Source of the DNA: Ignicoccus pacificus DSM 13166
Lineage (GTDB): Archaea > Thermoproteota > Thermoprotei_A > Sulfolobales > Ignicoccaceae
DNA length: 32,000 nucleotides
Direction: 5' to 3'
NCBI GenBank assembly: GCA_025340205.1
Contig: CP006868.1
Span: 1,260,001 to 1,292,000 of the forward strand
Made by a program: the position numbers and the translations under genes. The notes beneath the pieces are model-generated. The model ran no database searches. It had not been told where the DNA came from and worked only from the letters and a program-made list of their open reading frames with translations. Of the stretch, positions 26,991 through 32,000 are shown piece after piece. Position 1 is the stretch's first letter; every line of letters starts with the position of its first letter.

Positions 26991-27599
26991 CTAATCCTTT
27001 TTAACTTCGACGTATGGCATCACCTCGTACACCCCCCTTATCAAGTGTAGAAGCACGGCGAAGGAGTAGGTGGTGAGCAAGGAGGTGGTGAAGGCGCTCC
27101 ATTGATCCGTGAAGAAAGAACCTATATACGTCAGCACCAACAAGCCTATCGCTGTTACGACCTCTATCCATCTGGAGTCGTACTTCCCGGTCAAGGCTAC
27201 CGTTAGGAGGAAGCCGGAGGTGGCTATGGCGACCGCCAGCGCTTGTAAGTACTCAAACGTCACGCTGGATACTATGAATGCCATGATCAAGAACAAGTAC
27301 TTTTTCCTAGACCTCCTCATCCACAGCTTTTCCCTCATCAGTTTTACGGTCCACACGTAAGGCACGAAGCCCAAAATCCACGAGAATTGAGCAAATGCAA
27401 TTATCTTGGTTACGCTGTACAGATACATTCCAAGCGAGATGAAGGGGAGCCAAGAGGCGTAGGCTATGGCGCTGAGCCTCTCCAGCTCCGCCCTCCTAAG
27501 CCTTTCGATAGCTCCCTTCAAGCTCTCCAAGGCCCTTCCCGGTTTTCCTGAGGAGCGACGGGAGAAGAGGGGCGGGGGAGCTCCGGTCTCCCGGATCAC
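26991..27599 (-). CDS. Membrane protein, unknown function
   Basis: 202 aa with about 5 hydrophobic segments. Confidence 0.65.
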   Translation of the reverse strand: MIRETGAPPPLFSRRSSGKPGRALESLKGAIERLRRAELERLSAIAYASWLPFISLGMYLYSVTKIIAFAQFSWILGFVPYVWTVKLMREKLWMRRSRKKYLFLIMAFIVSSVTFEYLQALAVAIATSGFLLTVALTGKYDSRWIEVVTAIGLLVLTYIGSFFTDQWSAFTTSLLTTYSFAVLLHLIRGVYEVMPYVEVKKD

Positions 27600-28381
27600 C
27601 TCTCTAAGTAGATCTTTACGGTCCCGAAGGAGCTCCTTCCCCTTATCTTAATCACGTTCTCCCCGCTTCCGAAGCTCCCCGAAGAGGAGCTCCCATTTGG
27701 GGTCACGACCAATGCTGTTCCGAAGGAGGCCTTCAGATCGTATTCAACCCTAGCGTTTTGGGGTATTTTCAATGTGAGCACCACTGTGCCCATGTCCGAG
27801 CTCAGCTCTATTTCGGAGGTGCAGTTGGAGGGAACATCGTAGGTCAGTCTGGTAGTTCCCATAGTGTTCTTTATTTCCAAGGTCTTCACACAGCTCCTTA
27901 TTTCGCCCTTGATGCTGCTCATGACGTTCTTGAGCTTGAGCTCCTCGGGATCCTTGAGCCCTATCTTCATTGAAGAGCAGCATAAGTCCATAGAACAGCC
28001 CTTCGAGACGTTGCTTCCTACGGGAACGCTCCCCTCGTAGTATCCCCTCTCCCCGGTCTCCAAGGATATGGAAGACATGCTGGCAGTTAGTTTGAACTTG
28101 GTACAGTTTAAGGTTCCTGATACGAACGTTGTTTCCCTGTGAACGGTTATGGAAAAGGAACCGCTCAACGAGGTCACGAGCGCTATAATTGCAATTGCCA
28201 ATACTACAGCTGACTTGAAGGGGACTCCTAAGGCCACAGCTACGCCTACTGCTATCAGAACGGATCCTATGAGGACCTTAGGGCTTACGGGAGGCAGTAG
28301 CTTTACCCCAAATATTATCGCTACTCCGCTCAGGACGAAGAGTATGCCACTAATTACGTTTATCAAGCTGTTTAGATTCAA
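27596..28381 (-). CDS. Membrane protein with DUF4097/LiaF-like beta-repeat C-terminus
   Basis: N-terminal TM segments, then repeated beta pattern (IKNTMGTTRLTYDVPSNCTSEIELSSDMGTVVLTLKIP...SSFGTVKIYLE). TTG start. Confidence 0.6.
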   Translation of the reverse strand: MNLNSLINVISGILFVLSGVAIIFGVKLLPPVSPKVLIGSVLIAVGVAVALGVPFKSAVVLAIAIIALVTSLSGSFSITVHRETTFVSGTLNCTKFKLTASMSSISLETGERGYYEGSVPVGSNVSKGCSMDLCCSSMKIGLKDPEELKLKNVMSSIKGEIRSCVKTLEIKNTMGTTRLTYDVPSNCTSEIELSSDMGTVVLTLKIPQNARVEYDLKASFGTALVVTPNGSSSSGSFGSGENVIKIRGRSSFGTVKIYLER

Positions 28382-28551
28382 TCCCTAACACCCCCTAATC
28401 CCTTCACCAGCAAGTAAACGCCCAGACCTACCAAGAAGGAGGAGAAGAAATCGTTCGTAAGTGCTAGCATTATGCCAAACGCGATGAGTCCCGCTCCCTC
28501 GGCCATCCTCTTGTAGTCCCTCAACTCCTCTCGCCTATCACTATGTATCAA
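28378..28551 (-). CDS. Small two-TM membrane protein, 57 aa (absent from the ORF track)
   Basis: TTG start, MIHSDRREELRDYKRMAEGAGLIAFGIMLALTNDFFSSFLVGLGVYLLVKGLGGVRD; its TGA overlaps the TTG start of the next gene (TTGA). Confidence 0.6.
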   Translation of the reverse strand: MIHSDRREELRDYKRMAEGAGLIAFGIMLALTNDFFSSFLVGLGVYLLVKGLGGVRD

Positions 28552-28630
28552 AGCTACTTAAGCATTGAAAAGGGTCCGGAAAGTCGGAGGGGAAGGTTTA
28601 TTTTACCGTCCCACTTCCCTGGGACGGTCG

Positions 28631-29563
28631 ATGCCTATTGTGTGGGTGGGAGACGCTATAGGCAACACTCCCGCAGTCACTTTGAATAACATTGATACCT
28701 CTCCTGGTAAGGTTTTGATAAAGCTGGAATACGTGAACCCTGGAGGAAGCATTAAGGATAGAGCTGCCCTCTTCATGATCCTCGAAGCTGAGAAGAAGGG
28801 AATTTTGAAGAAGGGGATGACTATAGTAGAGCCGTCATCGGGGAACACAGCTCTCTCCTTAGCGATGCTGGCGGCCGCGAGAGGATACAATATGGTCGCA
28901 GTGGTTCCGAAAACCACGAGCTGGCAGAAGGTTAAAACCTTGAAGCTCTTAGGAGCTGAAGTCGTTTTTGCGGAACCCGGTGTTCCCTTAGGTCATCCTG
29001 AGCATCACTACACCAAGGCGAAGAGGCTGGCAGAGGAGAGGGGGTGGGTGATGTTGGATCAATACAGAAACGAGGCCAACATCAAGGCTCACTATGAGAC
29101 CACTGGCCCGGAAATCTGGAGGCAAGCGAATGAAATCATGGGAGGTCTCGACGCGTTCGTGGCCGGAGTAGGGACTGGCGGAACGATCCTAGGAGTGGGA
29201 AGGTACCTAAAGGAAAGAGATCCTAGGATCAAGGTAATAGCAATAGTTCCAAAGAACACCAAGATAGCTCAGTTCTTCGGGCTCGATGGGGAGAGGTTGA
29301 AGCACGATATCGAGGGCTTAACCGCCATGCCGGTAAGCGAGCTAATCAAGAAATACCACCACAAGATTATAGATGAAATCGTGGAGGTCGAAGATCCCCA
29401 CGCCTTCGACTTCGCTAGGGAGCTGGCGAGGAAGGAGGGCTTGTTGGTAGGCCTGAGCGCCGGTGCTAACGCTCTCATAGCCACCAAACTCGCAAGGGAA
29501 AGGGGATGGAAAGTTGCTACCGTTGCTCCCGACGGGGCGATAAGGTATCTGGACAGACTTTGA
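28631..29563 (+). CDS. PLP-dependent cysteine-synthase-like enzyme
   Basis: IGNTPAVTL, EYVNPGGSIKDRAALFMI, VEPSSGNTALSLA, GVGTGGTILGVGRYLK. ATG at 28631 is the likely start. Confidence 0.9.
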   Translation: MPIVWVGDAIGNTPAVTLNNIDTSPGKVLIKLEYVNPGGSIKDRAALFMILEAEKKGILKKGMTIVEPSSGNTALSLAMLAAARGYNMVAVVPKTTSWQKVKTLKLLGAEVVFAEPGVPLGHPEHHYTKAKRLAEERGWVMLDQYRNEANIKAHYETTGPEIWRQANEIMGGLDAFVAGVGTGGTILGVGRYLKERDPRIKVIAIVPKNTKIAQFFGLDGERLKHDIEGLTAMPVSELIKKYHHKIIDEIVEVEDPHAFDFARELARKEGLLVGLSAGANALIATKLARERGWKVATVAPDGAIRYLDRL

Positions 29564-29675
29564 ATAACCGTTTAGTTAGTTCCCCCTAATCCAATTTAAA
29601 CTGTTCAGATTTTCTCCTTGGTCACTAGAACAGACGGTTATAGGGGAGACCTCTCCCACGCTGTGGGGCTCTAAC

Positions 29676-30566
29676 TTGTGCGGCATCGCCGGGATCATGT
29701 TCACGGAATCCGGCTCCCCGGTGGGCCAGAAGCTCTACGAGATGCTCAAGAGCCTCCAGCACAGGGGAATGGACTCAGCTGGAACCATAATCTACGGCGC
29801 TAAGAGCACTAAGGACTGGCTCGTGAGGTTCGTGGTGGAAGACGAGCCCGAGGAGGTGGCGAAGAAGATAAGGTACCGCTTAAACGTCATGAAGCATGAC
29901 ATAAAGAAGCTGAACGACGGTAACTTCATGCTAGAGATGGTGATAAGCGGCGATACCAGCACGGAGGAGCTCAAGAACATAATTAGGAAGTACTCCCTTT
30001 CCGTGCTCTCGATAGGCAAGTACTCCATCATTTCCAAGGACGTGGGTCTAGTTGACGACGTTGAGAAGGTGTTCAACTTCTCTAAGCTCAAGGGTACCCA
30101 TGGAATAGGCCACGTGAGGTTCTCCACGGAAAGCGCTGTAGATGCCCTTCACGCCCACCCCTTCCAGACCTTCGACTTCCCCGACATAGCGATCGTTCAC
30201 AACGGTCAGATAACTAACTATTGGAAGAGGAGGGAGCTCCTAGAGCTGGAGGGTCACGTCTTCCAGACCGATAACGACTCCGAGCTGATAATTCATTATA
30301 TTGTGAACAAGCTGAGGAAGGGCTACAAGCTGGAGGAGGCGCTTCACGAAGCAGTTAAGGACTTGGACGGTCCCTTCGCCTTCCTCATCTCCATGCCTGA
30401 GGGAATTGGGATGGCTAGGGATAGGCTCGGCTTGAGACCCTTGGTTACCTCCGAGTATGAGGGTGTTTTCGTGGCCGCCTCGGAAGAGGTGGCTATCAGG
30501 AAGGTACTTCCCGAGAGCAAGATTACCTACTTGAGACCCGGTGAGGTGGAAGTATGGAGGCCGTGA
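29676..30566 (+). CDS. Class II glutamine amidotransferase (glutamate synthase GATase-domain subunit)
   Basis: N-terminal nucleophile MCGIAGIMFTESG, LQHRGMDSAG, IGHVRFST, TDNDSELIIH. TTG start directly before Cys. Confidence 0.88.
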   Translation: MCGIAGIMFTESGSPVGQKLYEMLKSLQHRGMDSAGTIIYGAKSTKDWLVRFVVEDEPEEVAKKIRYRLNVMKHDIKKLNDGNFMLEMVISGDTSTEELKNIIRKYSLSVLSIGKYSIISKDVGLVDDVEKVFNFSKLKGTHGIGHVRFSTESAVDALHAHPFQTFDFPDIAIVHNGQITNYWKRRELLELEGHVFQTDNDSELIIHYIVNKLRKGYKLEEALHEAVKDLDGPFAFLISMPEGIGMARDRLGLRPLVTSEYEGVFVAASEEVAIRKVLPESKITYLRPGEVEVWRP

Positions 30567-32000
30567 GAATAGACGCTCAGAACATGACTCCAAAGGAGCT
30601 AAACAGGGAACTGAAGGAGAAAGCTAAGAGGTACAAGAAAATAATAATACTAAATCCTAACGCCAAGCACTACATAGCCGCTGGACTGGTAGCGGACGTT
30701 GAAGTCGAGATCGAGGGAAGCGCCGGCTACTTCCTAGGAACCATGATCCACGGGCCTAAGATTACGCTCAAGGGCAACGCGGGCTGGTACGTAGGAGATA
30801 ACATGACTATGGGAGAGATAGTGGTTAAGGGACACGCCGGAAACGGAGTCGGTCAGTACATGTACGGAGGAACTGTGGTCGTTGAAGGAGATGCCGGAGA
30901 TAGGAGTGCAGCCCTAATGAAGAATGGAATAGTAATCGTTAAGGGAGACGCTGGCTTAATGACTGGCCTTTACATGATGGGAGGTAAGGTAATCGTACTC
31001 GGAGATCTCAACGAGTACGCGGGAGAGATGATAATTAACGGTAGGATCTACATAGGAGGGGCCCCCAAGAGCCTAGGCAAGAACGCCAAGCTGGAGGAGG
31101 CCAAGCCAGAGGAGGTGGAGGAGGTAAACAAGATACTGAGGAAGTACGGCCTCCCCGAGAAGGACAGCTTCTACGTGATAGTTCCCAAGAGCTTGAGGCC
31201 TGTTTACAAGCCTCCATCCGGAACTCCCGCAATGAAGAAGCTCTTACCCAAGTTCAAGACCGAGTTCACCTATGAGCTCTGCATAGGCTGCGGAGTCTGC
31301 GCACAAGTCTGCCCCGAGAAGGTAATCAAGATGGTCGGAAACAAGCCAGTGGCTGCTAGACAAGCGGATTGCATAGGCTGCTACGCTTGCGTGAACTACT
31401 GTCCGACGGATGCGGTTAAGGTCTTCAGGGTGGCGGAGAGCAAGACCAACAGAGCTAACATAGACGCCTCGATATACAACTACATAAGGCAGATGGCCTC
31501 CGTAGGTCATCCTCCCGTAGTCGGAATGGGAGCGGAGAACAAGTACTTCCCCTCTCTAGATCAGCTTACCTTCATACCCGGCCAGACCTCTAGACCGCCC
31601 ATAGACAGCTACAGAGAGCCTTGCGACACCGAGGTGATCCTAGGCCATAGGTTCGCCGAGAAGCCCTTGAAGCTCAAGGCTCCGATAATGATAGGTGCCA
31701 TGAGCTTCGGCTCCGTCAGCAAGGAGGTAAAGATAGCGTTAGCTAAGGCGGCCGGAAGGCTGGGAATAGCCGCTAACACCGGAGAGGGAGGAATGCTCCC
31801 TGAAGAGAGGAAGTACGCCTCGATACTAATAGTCCAGTATGCCTCTGGAAGGTTCGGCGTGTCCGCTTCTTACCTAAGGTCCGGAGACGCTGTAGAGATC
31901 AAGATAGGGCAAGGAGCGAAGCCGGGAATGGGAGGACTCCTATTAGGAGAGAAGGTAACCGAGGACATCTCGAAGATGAGAGGGATCCCAATAGGCACCG
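30554..32000 (+). CDS. Fused glutamate-synthase-like protein: GXGXG domain + 2x[4Fe-4S] ferredoxin + FMN-binding domain (truncated by window edge)
   Basis: Single frame verified codon by codon from ATG 30554 to the edge: GXGXG repeats (GPKITLKGNAGWYVGDNMTMGEIVVKGHAGNGVGQYMYGG), CIGCGVCAQVCPEKV, CIGCYACVNYCP, then LKLKAPIMIGAMSFGSVSKEVKIALAKAAGRLGIAANTGEGGMLPEE. Confidence 0.9.
   Translation, partial: MEAVRIDAQNMTPKELNRELKEKAKRYKKIIILNPNAKHYIAAGLVADVEVEIEGSAGYFLGTMIHGPKITLKGNAGWYVGDNMTMGEIVVKGHAGNGVGQYMYGGTVVVEGDAGDRSAALMKNGIVIVKGDAGLMTGLYMMGGKVIVLGDLNEYAGEMIINGRIYIGGAPKSLGKNAKLEEAKPEEVEEVNKILRKYGLPEKDSFYVIVPKSLRPVYKPPSGTPAMKKLLPKFKTEFTYELCIGCGVCAQVCPEKVIKMVGNKPVAARQADCIGCYACVNYCPTDAVKVFRVAESKTNRANIDASIYNYIRQMASVGHPPVVGMGAENKYFPSLDQLTFIPGQTSRPPIDSYREPCDTEVILGHRFAEKPLKLKAPIMIGAMSFGSVSKEVKIALAKAAGRLGIAANTGEGGMLPEERKYASILIVQYASGRFGVSASYLRSGDAVEIKIGQGAKPGMGGLLLGEKVTEDISKMRGIPIGT

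Noticed and set aside
1-32000. CRISPR arrays
   Set aside because: No regularly spaced direct repeats were seen by eye anywhere in the window despite the Cas6-like gene.

Overview
This 32 kb window is a dense archaeal chromosome segment. Its gene complement looks crenarchaeal: long-form ribosomal protein S6e, DUF1512, Trm5-like methyltransferase, MBF1, Lrp/AsnC, many TTG/GTG starts, and TATA boxes about 30 nt upstream of genes. Most content is housekeeping or transport: a DMT transporter, an MMPL/RND exporter, amidohydrolase, HAD phosphatase, MFS, FtsX-like permease, ArsB/NhaD-type transporter, oligopeptide ABC permeases plus binding protein, TrmO/TsaA-like protein, a DUF104/PIN toxin-antitoxin pair, cysteine-synthase-like enzyme and a glutamate-synthase cluster. 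The places most worth a second look are: (1) an orphan Cas6-like RNA endonuclease gene directly after rps6e, with a very GC-rich long hairpin just downstream of its stop codon and a divergent AAA/RecF-like protein that has lost its Walker A motif on the other side of rps6e; (2) a frameshifted HEPN-domain remnant at the left edge; (3) a fused GXGXG + 2x[4Fe-4S] + FMN-domain glutamate synthase ORF that runs off the right edge; (4) several short ORFs and structured intergenic elements missing from the ORF track. No CRISPR array, tRNA, rRNA or transposon was recognised. The 'system' around Cas6 is a hypothesis from adjacency and motifs and is not demonstrated.
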